64,000 bases of DNA from an uncultured Alphaproteobacteria bacterium (GCA_964412505.1 CAYPOM010000004.1:14761-78760); one strand, 5' to 3'; positions 38,020-47,869 are shown, counted from the first letter of the stretch. Numbers and translations are program-made. Notes: generated from the sequence alone by a model not told the origin.

Positions 38020-38294
38020 AAAACACGTTTTAGATTATACACAGCCTATATGATTTAATCAAGTATATAAGTTAAGTATGTAACGACCTGCAGATTAAAA
38101 ATAGGGAATGAACGAAATATTGCTAGAAGAGTCGAGGAAGAAGAACAATGCATGATAGATGCGCTTTTGATTACATGAATGTCTATTTCGAAAATTGAGG
38201 AGCGTTTAAATCACTCTAAATCGAATATTTTAGAAGAAAATCGTTCGGTTTATTGTTTTAATTTACAAATTACATGTTTAGTTACATATAGATA

Positions 38295-40037
38295 TTATTT
38301 TGTATTCACTATAGAATTCGTTGAAATAAGATTTTCTACCTCTTTAATAACTTTGTTGAAATTTTGAGTATCCAATGTAATTTTTAGCAGATTTAATAGA
38401 GAATTGTATTTCTGTAAGAAAGCATCAGGTATTTGTTTAAGTTCAGAAAGCATTAATAAGAAGCAATAAACATCCATGAGGCTTGAGTAATAGTTAGTAA
38501 TACCACTTTTCGTATCTATAGACTTAAAATCATTGTATGCATCTTTTATAGCTTTGTGCGCTGCGTTTGCGTATGTTTCTAATTTTTGAATATCATCTTC
38601 TATTTTATCAATAGATAAAATAGAATAATTCATACGCTTGCCATTAATAATTTTTTTGAGTTTTTTGTTATTTTCTAATATTGATTTGTCGTCTAGTAAC
38701 AGATCTTGAAAATAAAGTTCTATTATATTTTTTGTATTAGACAACAAAAGTGAAATATGCCCATTAATCAAATCATTTGTTTTCTTGGAAGCATTGCTAG
38801 TTTGTAGCAAATCTACGATATGTTTTTCTGCATCTGAGTAAACCTTTATGTCTAGTTGTTTAAATTCATTTAGTATATCACTGTTCATTTCGTTAGTTGG
38901 GTTTATTAGGTGTAAATTAAATGAATTTTTATCTTTATACATGAACTCATTTACAATCGTTATTAAGAGCTGCTGTATTACATGTGAATTTAATTTTTCA
39001 TGATGAGCGCTTGCTGTTTCTTCAAATTTTATATTAGCACCGTATTTTAAATTCTTATTGAAAATGCTTTGGAGTTCGCTTATATAGGCCGCTTTGTCTT
39101 TTATGCATTCTTGATAGATACTTATTAGCTTTCTATACTTCATAAATTCTGCTGATAATCCTTTCTGAAGCACGCGTTTCCCATGATATGCTATTCCGTC
39201 TGACATAGTGCTTGATGCTAGGCCAATTAGTTTCTTCGATTTTTTACCTTCTATTGTCCCAACGCCTTTTACTCCTCCAATCAATGTATTTGCTGCCTTC
39301 CCTATGCCACTCACAGATGCTTTTGTGAATTGTGATGTCCCTACGTTCGATCTTTTTAATCCTCTTTCAACTTTAATATCGCCGCCTATAGCTATTGTGC
39401 CAGATACATCTACTGGAATTGTAGCTCCTATGTCTCCATAAAAACTCATGCCTCCTGCAATATATTGTGCTATTTCTGATCTATTGTTTTCAGAAAACAC
39501 ACGAACACATTCGTACGCTACGAGCATTTGCATGATTCTTCGAAGTAGAAATGTCGTTTTATATATTGGATTCTCATTGTAATTAATGTCTCTGTTAACT
39601 AACTCTTGTTCTATATAAAAACATTTGTTGATTATATTTCTGTATAGTATCGGATTGTCGCTTATAGAAGAGTTTGATATTGTTATGACCTCTAAAAGGT
39701 TATTTTTTTGTTCTAGTACTAGTTGATTAAATATCTTGGAATCTGAGCTATTGTTAAATTGTAAGTCGTTTATACTTTCGTATAGTATGTAGAAAATAGA
39801 GCATAATGCTTTTGGCTGACTAATTTCTACTTTTATTATTTTTTCTTCTATGCGACTATCTAAGACAGGAATATTTGCATTGCTGAGAAATTTCATTGTA
39901 TCACTGAGAGATGTTTCATACATGTATTCAGATGATTTATCAACGTATTGTTGTAGATTTGTCTGTTTCGTTTGTGCTACACAGTGTGCAACAATTATAG
40001 TAAACACTGGAGCCAGTACGACTTTATATATCTTCAT
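38295..40037 (-). CDS. Secreted orphan protein with a central Gly/Ile/Val-rich segment
   Basis: 580 aa. Signal peptide MKIYKVVLAPVFTIIVAHCVA. Central segment is IAGGMSFYGDIGATIPVDVSGTIAIGGDIKV ... IGGVKGVGTIEG. The flanks look helical. Confidence 0.7.
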   Translation of the reverse strand: MKIYKVVLAPVFTIIVAHCVAQTKQTNLQQYVDKSSEYMYETSLSDTMKFLSNANIPVLDSRIEEKIIKVEISQPKALCSIFYILYESINDLQFNNSSDSKIFNQLVLEQKNNLLEVITISNSSISDNPILYRNIINKCFYIEQELVNRDINYNENPIYKTTFLLRRIMQMLVAYECVRVFSENNRSEIAQYIAGGMSFYGDIGATIPVDVSGTIAIGGDIKVERGLKRSNVGTSQFTKASVSGIGKAANTLIGGVKGVGTIEGKKSKKLIGLASSTMSDGIAYHGKRVLQKGLSAEFMKYRKLISIYQECIKDKAAYISELQSIFNKNLKYGANIKFEETASAHHEKLNSHVIQQLLITIVNEFMYKDKNSFNLHLINPTNEMNSDILNEFKQLDIKVYSDAEKHIVDLLQTSNASKKTNDLINGHISLLLSNTKNIIELYFQDLLLDDKSILENNKKLKKIINGKRMNYSILSIDKIEDDIQKLETYANAAHKAIKDAYNDFKSIDTKSGITNYYSSLMDVYCFLLMLSELKQIPDAFLQKYNSLLNLLKITLDTQNFNKVIKEVENLISTNSIVNTK

Positions 40038-40459
40038 ATAATTCTACATGTATAATAGAAAATTCTCTACATCCTATCAAAAGTATATTTATATACTACT
40101 AATATGTAGACTGATTGTAATATTTATACACGTTGTTGTAATGATAATAAACCGTTGTTCATGACGATGATTTATTTTATCTGCATAAAAAATATTTTTT
40201 GAATTTTTCGATGAATGTATTGTTTTTTAATAAAATTGGTTTATTATGTTATGTAGGAAGGCGTTCTTGTGCGCGATGCTGTTTAGCCTAGAGACCTATT
40301 TTTATTATAGGGGGCTGGCTCTGCTAAAATCGTGGTTTTAGTATATGGCTCCCACCTTAGCCTTGGTCGTCTAAGGAATATATTTAGCTGGTCGGCATGA
40401 AGGCTTTCCTTTTTGTTTATCTTTAGTGTACAATTGAGTGTTATTTTTTTGGATCTGTT

Positions 40460-40834
40460 ATGGATAGCTCTGCTGATCGCTATATTGTTTTTGATGAAAA
40501 TAATGTCTTTATGAAGATAATAAGGCGTGATATCACATCTGATATAATTTACGAAGATGATTACGTAATTGCAATTAATGATATTAATCCAAGAGCTGAA
40601 ATACATGTTTTAGTCATTTCGAAAGGGCGATATGTAACATTAGATCATCTTATCGAAAAAGGCGATTGCAGTGAAGTTTGCGGTTTCTTTGGTGGTTTAA
40701 ATCGCGTATTAGATGTTCTTGGTATAAAAAAAACCGGTTACAGATTAGTAACAAATGCTGGCAAGGGAGGCCATCAAGAGGTAATGCATCTGCACTTTCA
40801 TATTCTATCTGGAAATGGAGTCCCAGTCCATTGA
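40460..40834 (+). CDS. HIT-family (HinT-like) nucleotide hydrolase
   Basis: 124 aa with AINDINPRAEIHVLVISK and the histidine triad HLHFHIL. Confidence 0.85.
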   Translation: MDSSADRYIVFDENNVFMKIIRRDITSDIIYEDDYVIAINDINPRAEIHVLVISKGRYVTLDHLIEKGDCSEVCGFFGGLNRVLDVLGIKKTGYRLVTNAGKGGHQEVMHLHFHILSGNGVPVH

Positions 40835-40839
40835 TTTTT

Positions 40840-40916
40840 GTACTCGTAGCTCAGATGGATAGAGCGCAACCCTCCGGAGGTTGAGGCCGTGGGTTCGAAT
40901 CCCGCCGAGTACACCA
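40840..40916 (+). tRNA. tRNA-Arg (anticodon CCG), CCA encoded
   Basis: GTACTCG-TA-GCTC-AGATGGATA-GAGC-G-CAACC-CTCCGGA-GGTTG-AGGCC-GTGGG-TTCGAAT-CCCGC-CGAGTAC-A-CCA. Confidence 0.92.
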
Positions 40917-41100
40917 TTTGCTTTGACATTGATTGGCGTTCTTATAAGTAATATTTTAATTGCGTGTTCAATTAACGAAATAATCTATTTTAAAATTATT
41001 TAGTTTTAATCTGGGTTTTTATTGTACATTAAAAATAAATACGTTTGATTTCAGGCATATATAGTGTACAATTAATATCACTGTTTGGTGGAGTTTTTTT

Positions 41101-42132
41101 ATGCAAATTAAAAAAAACTTATTTTTATCTATTTTTTGCGCTTGTCTTGCTTGTTCTGAATTCGTTAGCGCAGAAGATGATATAGTTGCTGCTCCAGCAT
41201 ATACTAAAGTGGAGCCAAATTCAGAGTGGGATAGATATATTTCTGATTCTGCTACTTCTATAACTGAATGGAAGAGATGGTGGCAGTATTTGTCTTTGAA
41301 GAAACCTACGAAAATGGCATGGATTAATGGTTTAAACATTTGGATATATCCAAAGAACGAGATCTGCCGTTCCATGTATGTTAGAGGTATTTATGACCCT
41401 AACATGGCTGTATTTGTTCAGGCATTTTTACCGAAAGGTGGTGTTTTGCTCGACGTCGGAGCAAACATGGGTTATTTTTCTTTGATCGCTGCTCAGTTTG
41501 ATAGCTTGTGTAAAGTAATAGCCGTAGAGCCAAGCTCTCGTGATTATAAAAGGCTTGTCCAAAACATAGAATTAAATTCACTTAGCGATAGAGTAAAATC
41601 TGTTATGATCGCTGTTGGCGACAGGCTCGGCAAGAAAAATATTCAAATTGCGCCAGAAGAGAGGAATGGTTTGAATACTTTAGGCGCAGGCTTTGCTTAC
41701 AAGGGTATAGAGAAAGAGGCTGTCGAGGAAGTTAATGTTACTACAATTGATTCAATCGTTAATGGTGAGGGATTGGATCGTGTTGATGTTATTAAATTAG
41801 ACATTGAAGGCAGTGAGGTAAGGGCTCTCGAAGGTGCTAGAGATACAATAAATTCTTACCGTCCTGTAATTATAGTTGGAGTTAATAGTGATGCCTTGGT
41901 GAAGAGCAACAGAAGTATCAGAGATCTTGAAAATATCATTGCAGAGTTAAATTATGATATGTATAAGAGAAATACTGAAGAGTTTGGATTGAAAAAAATA
42001 GATTCTTTGGTAGGCATTAAAGGCGAGGTTGTTGTTTGTTTGCCAAGGGAGAGGACTGAAATTCCTCAATTTCCTAATGAAACGAAGCGTACGTTTATGC
42101 AAAAGATCGGCGACTTTTTCTGTAGCAAATAG
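41101..42132 (+). CDS. FkbM-family SAM-dependent methyltransferase with an N-terminal signal peptide
   Basis: MQIKKNLFLSIFCACLACSEFVSA, then LLDVGANMGYFSL, VIAVEPSSRDYKRLVQNIELN and IKLDIEGSEVRAL (FkbM-type motifs). Confidence 0.75.
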   Translation: MQIKKNLFLSIFCACLACSEFVSAEDDIVAAPAYTKVEPNSEWDRYISDSATSITEWKRWWQYLSLKKPTKMAWINGLNIWIYPKNEICRSMYVRGIYDPNMAVFVQAFLPKGGVLLDVGANMGYFSLIAAQFDSLCKVIAVEPSSRDYKRLVQNIELNSLSDRVKSVMIAVGDRLGKKNIQIAPEERNGLNTLGAGFAYKGIEKEAVEEVNVTTIDSIVNGEGLDRVDVIKLDIEGSEVRALEGARDTINSYRPVIIVGVNSDALVKSNRSIRDLENIIAELNYDMYKRNTEEFGLKKIDSLVGIKGEVVVCLPRERTEIPQFPNETKRTFMQKIGDFFCSK

Positions 42133-42167
42133 GTTAACGGCTATTTTTAATAAGAGGCTAATTTACA

Positions 42168-43058
42168 ATGGAACATGTCTCTGTTATGTTGAATGAGGCT
42201 ATCGAGTTTTTGAACCTAAAGCCAGATGGTGTTTATGTTGATTGCACATTTGGGGGTGGTGGATATTCTCGTGAAATCTTAGGAAGATGTAGTTGTAAAT
42301 TAGTCGGAATTGATAGGGATCCATTTGTGATCCCAATTTCTGTTTCTTTGAATGAAAAGTTTGGTGACAGATTTTCTTTTTTCAACGGAACTTATAGTCT
42401 TATAGATGAGGCTATTGAGCAGGCTGGGTTTAAAAAAGTTGATGGTATAGTACTTGATTTGGGGGTTTCATCTTTTCAAATAGATGATCCTGATCGCGGT
42501 TTTTCATTTAAAAATGATGGACCGCTTGATATGAGAATGGGTCAACAAGGTGTCACAGCTTTAGATATTATAAAACGCGTATCTGAAGCACAGTTGGCAG
42601 ATATTATCTATGAATATGGGGAAGAAAGGAAATCTAGAAGAATTGCAAAAGCGATAAAGTCTAATTTAAAGAGCGTGCGGACTACAGCCGATCTTGCGAG
42701 TATTGTTAGATCCGTTCTGCCTAAGGATTATAGAAAAGATCCAGCAACACGTACTTTCCAAGCTTTGAGAATTTATGTTAATGACGAACTCGGAGAGTTG
42801 GAGAAGTTTTTTGATAAGTGTTTGTCTATATTAAATTTTGGAGCTCGTGTAGTTGTTGTAACATTTCATTCTCTCGAGGATCGTATTGTTAAAACTCGGT
42901 TTAATGAGTTTTGTAAGGATAGAAAAATTGCAAATTTAATTATAAAAAAACCTATGTCCCCATCAGAGTTAGAAATTAAAAGTAATGCGAGAGCTAGGTC
43001 TGCGAAATTGAGGGTAATAGAATATACAGGTGGGGATTCTAATGACTATTCAAAATAG
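42168..43058 (+). CDS. rsmH: 16S rRNA (cytosine1402-N4)-methyltransferase RsmH (MraW)
   Basis: HVSVMLNEAIEFL, YVDCTFGGGGYS, LDLGVSSFQ, FHSLEDRIVK and ARSAKLR motifs. Confidence 0.92.
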   Translation: MEHVSVMLNEAIEFLNLKPDGVYVDCTFGGGGYSREILGRCSCKLVGIDRDPFVIPISVSLNEKFGDRFSFFNGTYSLIDEAIEQAGFKKVDGIVLDLGVSSFQIDDPDRGFSFKNDGPLDMRMGQQGVTALDIIKRVSEAQLADIIYEYGEERKSRRIAKAIKSNLKSVRTTADLASIVRSVLPKDYRKDPATRTFQALRIYVNDELGELEKFFDKCLSILNFGARVVVVTFHSLEDRIVKTRFNEFCKDRKIANLIIKKPMSPSELEIKSNARARSAKLRVIEYTGGDSNDYSK

Positions 43059-43386
43059 AGCTTCTATACTGTTTATTTTGCTAACTAGTTTTGTATGTAT
43101 ATATACGTTTAATATAAAATATTTGGCTATATCCATTGCTGATTGGATTAGAAAGGTTGACAAAGATATACAAAATGAGAAAAGAAGGGGCAAATTATTG
43201 AAAGCTGAGTGGCAAGTACTAACTGCTCCGAATAGAATAAATGGTCTTGCTAAGAGATTTTTGAATTCTGAAAAAGATATGGAGACAGTTAGGTTGTATC
43301 ATGGTGGAGAAAGCGTTTTATTCCAAAGAAAATCTGCGGCGGAATTAAACGAAATTATAGAAGGCTATAAAACGGATGGAAAATAG
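43042..43386 (+). CDS. ftsL: Cell division protein FtsL-like
   Basis: Small bitopic protein (one TM, then a coiled coil) in the canonical position between rsmH and ftsI. Start is ATG 43042 or GTG 43030. Confidence 0.5.
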   Translation: MTIQNRASILFILLTSFVCIYTFNIKYLAISIADWIRKVDKDIQNEKRRGKLLKAEWQVLTAPNRINGLAKRFLNSEKDMETVRLYHGGESVLFQRKSAAELNEIIEGYKTDGK

Positions 43387-43388
43387 CG

Positions 43389-45011
43389 ATGTTTGATTTT
43401 AGCAGAATATCATGTACATTAAATGATGATTATTATTGCTTAAAAAAAAGCAAAAAGCGTAGTATTCTTGTAGTTTCTTTTTTTTGCATTTTGTTCGGTT
43501 GTGTTTATTGCCGTTTATATCAAACTATGGTGCTATCTAGATTATTCGTAGCAAAAGTATCTGAGTCTAAAGAACGCATGTTGGCAGGTGTTAGAGCTGA
43601 TATAGTTGATAGAAATGGCGAAATAATAGCTACGAATATTCCTACTATATCTGTTTATGCGATTCCTCAAGATATTATAGATATAGACGCGGCTGTGGAA
43701 GGACTTGTTTCTGTATTCACTGAAATAAAACGGTCTGATTTGTATAGGAAATTAAGATCACATAAAAAATTTGTTTGGATTAAAAGACATATATCTCCAA
43801 ATCAAAAGAATTTGGTTTTATCGAAAGGAATTCCTGGAGTATTCTTTTTAAATACGGAACATAGAGTATATCCTAATAAAAATTTGTGCTCGCACATAGT
43901 AGGATTTACAGACGTTGATAATAATGGGATTTCTGGCTTAGAAAAAAGTTTAGATGACACTTTAAAGAAAAATGATGGTCAAGTTGAGCTATCAGTAGAT
44001 ATAAGAGTGCAAAATACAGTAAGAGATGAAATTATTAAAGCTGTAGAAACCTTTAGGGCGCTTGGAGGGGCTGCTCTTGTTATGAAAGTAAAAACTGGAG
44101 AAATAATATCAATGGTTTCTTATCCAGATTTTGATCCTAATGTTGTAAAAACTTCTACAGGTAAGGAATGCTTTAATATTCTTGTAAATTCAGCGTTAGA
44201 GCCAGGATCTAGTGCAAAAATTTTAAATACAGCGTTTGCGTTAGAAAAAGGCAACTACAAGTTAAGTACACAATTTGATGCAAGTGAACCTCTAAAAGTC
44301 GGTAAATTTACTGTACACGATTACCATGGTAAATACACAAAACTTAGTGTGGAAGATATTTTCAAATATTCTTCAAATATTGGTTCAGCTAAGATTGCGC
44401 TTAGCATTGGAGCTGATAAACAAAAAGAATTCTTTAAAGAGATAGGGGCGTTAGACAAAATGCCCTTTGAGCTTCCTGGAGTGCAAAAACCATTATTTCC
44501 AAAAGTATGGACAGACGTAAGTGCTATTACAATATCGTATGGTCATGGAATAGCTATGAATCCCCTACATTTTGCTAAAATAGTTGGTGGGCTTGTAAAT
44601 AATGGAATCATGCATTCCCCTACACTGATTAAGAGGATAGATTCTGGTAACAGTATAGGTAAGAGAATAGTTTCAGAAAATACATCATCTAAATTAAGAC
44701 ATGTATTACGAAGCAATGTTACAGATGGGACTAATAAAAAAGCAGATGCTAAAGGATATTTAGTCGGAGGGAAAACTGGAACTTCAGAAAAGAATCAAAA
44801 TGGGAGGTATTTAAAAAACCAAAATATCAATTTTTTTGTTGGTACGTTTCCTATAGATGATCCTGAATATTTAATATTAGTAATTTTAGACGATCCAAAA
44901 GGGACAAAAGAAACATACTCTTATGCAGCAGCTGGATGGAATGCTGCGCCTACTGCTGCACATATAACATCAAAAATCGCAGGCTATCTAGGCGTCGAAG
45001 CTAGTAATTGA
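43389..45011 (+). CDS. ftsI: Peptidoglycan D,D-transpeptidase FtsI (PBP3)
   Basis: 540 aa. N-terminal TM, then SxxK (GSSAKIL), SSN and KTGT motifs. Confidence 0.9.
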   Translation: MFDFSRISCTLNDDYYCLKKSKKRSILVVSFFCILFGCVYCRLYQTMVLSRLFVAKVSESKERMLAGVRADIVDRNGEIIATNIPTISVYAIPQDIIDIDAAVEGLVSVFTEIKRSDLYRKLRSHKKFVWIKRHISPNQKNLVLSKGIPGVFFLNTEHRVYPNKNLCSHIVGFTDVDNNGISGLEKSLDDTLKKNDGQVELSVDIRVQNTVRDEIIKAVETFRALGGAALVMKVKTGEIISMVSYPDFDPNVVKTSTGKECFNILVNSALEPGSSAKILNTAFALEKGNYKLSTQFDASEPLKVGKFTVHDYHGKYTKLSVEDIFKYSSNIGSAKIALSIGADKQKEFFKEIGALDKMPFELPGVQKPLFPKVWTDVSAITISYGHGIAMNPLHFAKIVGGLVNNGIMHSPTLIKRIDSGNSIGKRIVSENTSSKLRHVLRSNVTDGTNKKADAKGYLVGGKTGTSEKNQNGRYLKNQNINFFVGTFPIDDPEYLILVILDDPKGTKETYSYAAAGWNAAPTAAHITSKIAGYLGVEASN

Positions 45012-45021
45012 GGCTTAATAA

Positions 45022-46485
45022 ATGAGTAAATGTATAAAGTTTAGAAATAAAGTATTAACTGACGTGCGCGGAATTTCTTGTGATGCAAAAAGCGTAAAAA
45101 AACGTTTTATATTTTGCGCTATACGTGGAGCGACTTATAATGGGAATGATTATATAAATGAAGCCATAAAGAATGGAGCAAGATTCATATTGCTGGAAGG
45201 AGATAAATATAAAGTAAAAAATATAGATTGTGTTAGCTATTTATATTCTCCTAATGTAAGAAAGGATCTGGCTTTAATGTGCTCGCAGTTGTTTTCTAGT
45301 TCATTCGAAAGGATGGTAGCTATCACAGGAACAAATGGGAAAACATCAACAGTCCATTTTTTGAGGCAAATACTAGCCTATACAGGAGAGGTGTGCGCTT
45401 CAATAGGTACATTAGGTGTAGTTATTTCTCAGCATATGTATCAAGATTCATATTTTAGCTTCGAGAATTGTCTTACTTCGCCTGGTCCGATACAGTTAAA
45501 TCAAATTCTTCACATGCTAAATGATAAGTACCATGTTAATGATGTAGTTATGGAAGCATCGAGTCATGGCATAGACCAATACAGGATGTTTGGCAACGAT
45601 TTTTCTGTAGTTGCTTTCACAAATTTTTCTCAAGACCATTTGGACTACCATAAGTCTATGGACGAATATTTCAAAGCAAAACTAAAACTTTTTTCTGAGT
45701 TCGCATCGAAAAACACCAAATGCGTTCTGAACATAGACTCTGAAAAATATAGTGATCTGCTAGAAGCTTGCAGCAGAAGAAAAGTTATATCGTATGGATT
45801 AACTTCTGGCGATGTATATTTTGAAAAATTGGAGCATAATGATCTTGGATATTCTGGTGTAATCTTTATAGGAAGAAAATCTTACAGATTTTCAATATAT
45901 ATAAATTCTAGGTATCAGTTGTATAATATATTATGTGCTGTAGCTATTGCTTATGCGATGAAAATTCCTGCTAAAAAAATTGCTGAAAATTTGTTTCGAT
46001 TGTTAGATGTCCCTGGTAGAATGCAGCGAGTGCAAATTGGATCTTCTTCGTCTATTTACATAGATTACGCTCATACTCCTGATGCATTAAAGACTGCGTT
46101 ATGTGATATTAGAGAAAATTGTGCTGGAAGAGTAATTGTTGTTTTTGGATGTGGTGGAGACAGGGATAAATCGAAGAGATCTACAATGGGAGAAATCGCA
46201 GCAGAATACGCAGATTTAGTAATAGTAACAGATGATAATCCTAGGTCAGAAGATCCCCAAAAAATCAGGGATGAAATACTAAAAGGTTGTAAAAAAGCGA
46301 TAGAAATTGCAGATAGATCGAAAGCTATAAAATTTGCTATTTCTGAAATGAAAAGATCTGATTGTTTACTTGTAGCTGGGAAAGGACATGAAAATTATCA
46401 AATAATTGGCACAAGCAAAAAATATTTTTCTGATTTAGATGAAATACATAAAGCAATAAGAGAGTTAGGAATTTCAAATGAGTAA
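45022..46485 (+). CDS. murE: UDP-N-acetylmuramoyl-L-alanyl-D-glutamate--2,6-diaminopimelate ligase
   Basis: ITGTNGKTST, EASSHG, DYAHTPDAL and DNPRSEDP (meso-DAP type) motifs. Confidence 0.9.
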   Translation: MSKCIKFRNKVLTDVRGISCDAKSVKKRFIFCAIRGATYNGNDYINEAIKNGARFILLEGDKYKVKNIDCVSYLYSPNVRKDLALMCSQLFSSSFERMVAITGTNGKTSTVHFLRQILAYTGEVCASIGTLGVVISQHMYQDSYFSFENCLTSPGPIQLNQILHMLNDKYHVNDVVMEASSHGIDQYRMFGNDFSVVAFTNFSQDHLDYHKSMDEYFKAKLKLFSEFASKNTKCVLNIDSEKYSDLLEACSRRKVISYGLTSGDVYFEKLEHNDLGYSGVIFIGRKSYRFSIYINSRYQLYNILCAVAIAYAMKIPAKKIAENLFRLLDVPGRMQRVQIGSSSSIYIDYAHTPDALKTALCDIRENCAGRVIVVFGCGGDRDKSKRSTMGEIAAEYADLVIVTDDNPRSEDPQKIRDEILKGCKKAIEIADRSKAIKFAISEMKRSDCLLVAGKGHENYQIIGTSKKYFSDLDEIHKAIRELGISNE

Positions 46486-47869
46486 CGTAATTTTTACAAA
46501 AGATGAAATAATTGAGATATTTAATATAAAGAATGCGGTAGATGTGTTCGGTATTTCTAGAGATTCTAGAACAGTAAAAAATGGAGATATGTTTGTTGCA
46601 ATTCATGGCGAGAATTTCGATGGTCATGATTTTATTCGGCAAGCTTTTGATAATGGCGCCGTATTAGTATTAGCCTCTAATTGTGCGAAGGATAAGATTG
46701 ATCGAGCGTGTTTAGATAAAGTAATTCTTGTAGACGATACCGTTGCTGCTTTAAAGAAAATGGCTGAATTTTCTCGTAATCGTTTAAAAAAAGATTCTAA
46801 AGTAATTGCAATTACAGGTAGTGTTGGGAAAACAACAACAAAAGACATGCTAGCTTTTCTGCTGTCTAAGCAAAAAAAAACATTTTCTTCAATAAAAAAT
46901 TTTAACAGCCAAATTGGGTTACCTCTTTGCTTATGTCTTGTTCCAAAAGATAGTGATTTTGTCGTTCTAGAATGCGGAATGAGTGATTATGGCCAAATTA
47001 GTGAGTTAGTACGGATTGCTAAACCTAACATATCTATGCTCACAGATGTTGCAGAAAATCATCTTGGCTTCTTCGATAATGTATATGATATAGCTCAAGA
47101 GAAATCACATGTAATAAAAAATGGGCAAGAATTTTGTGTACTTCCAATGCACAGTAAATATTTCGAAGTTTTTAAGGAACGAGCAATCCATGAGAATGTA
47201 CCTTTTGCTTCTTTTGGTATGCATGATTCGTGTGCTGCGTTGATTTCAAAAAAATATTTTGATGATTATATGGAAATTACTTTTGAACTGTATGGAGATA
47301 AATTTAGTGCAAAACTAAATTCTTTTAAAACAAGTTTTGTTTATAGTTTTTTAGAATGTATTACATGTATAAAAAAGCTTGGTTTAAGTGTTTCGCAAGC
47401 TTTAGATGATATTGCGCATTTTATGCCATTAGCAGGACGCGGAAAATTAATAAAATTGCAAAATAACAATGTGTTGATTGATGATACATATAATGCAAGT
47501 CCTGCTTCAATTAAAGATGGACTTTCAGTTTTACAATTTTTTAAACAAAAAAATAGAATAGCTGTTCTTGGTGATATTGGAGAGTTAGGCGAACAATCTG
47601 TAGAGTTACATGAAAATTTAGCGGCAAGTATAATTAGTAGTTCCGCTACATCTATTGTACTTATAGGACAGAATATGTTTCACTTATACAAGAAGCTTAC
47701 CGAAATTAATGATTTCCGACATAATGTGGTTTGGTTTGAAAATATAGAACCTGCTTTTAGTTTTTTTGACGTAGTAGAAAATGATAGCGTATTTTTCTTA
47801 AAAGCTTCTAGGTTTATGGCGTTTGAAAAAATTGCAGAATACATTCAGAGGATTAACAATGTTATATAA
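46478..47869 (+). CDS. murF: UDP-N-acetylmuramoyl-tripeptide--D-alanyl-D-alanine ligase
   Basis: ITGSVGKTTTKDM, ECGMSDYGQI and DDTYNASPAS motifs, with dcw position after murE. Confidence 0.9.
   Translation: MSNVIFTKDEIIEIFNIKNAVDVFGISRDSRTVKNGDMFVAIHGENFDGHDFIRQAFDNGAVLVLASNCAKDKIDRACLDKVILVDDTVAALKKMAEFSRNRLKKDSKVIAITGSVGKTTTKDMLAFLLSKQKKTFSSIKNFNSQIGLPLCLCLVPKDSDFVVLECGMSDYGQISELVRIAKPNISMLTDVAENHLGFFDNVYDIAQEKSHVIKNGQEFCVLPMHSKYFEVFKERAIHENVPFASFGMHDSCAALISKKYFDDYMEITFELYGDKFSAKLNSFKTSFVYSFLECITCIKKLGLSVSQALDDIAHFMPLAGRGKLIKLQNNNVLIDDTYNASPASIKDGLSVLQFFKQKNRIAVLGDIGELGEQSVELHENLAASIISSSATSIVLIGQNMFHLYKKLTEINDFRHNVVWFENIEPAFSFFDVVENDSVFFLKASRFMAFEKIAEYIQRINNVI

Noticed and set aside
38020-38294. 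Short ORFs (MNEILLEESRKKNNA; 38179-38367) between tRNA-Arg(UCU) and the 580-aa orphan as possible gene remnants.
   Set aside because: They are too short, lack an SD or any recognisable motif, and the second overlaps the 3' end of the 580-aa gene.
40038-40459. Specific assignment of the structured island as tmRNA, SRP/4.5S RNA or RNase P RNA.
   Set aside because: The required conserved elements were not found on either strand: no GGAA-tetraloop domain IV, no T-arm/ACCA with a tag ORF, and no GGAAAGUCC P4. It is kept only as an unassigned structure in the findings.
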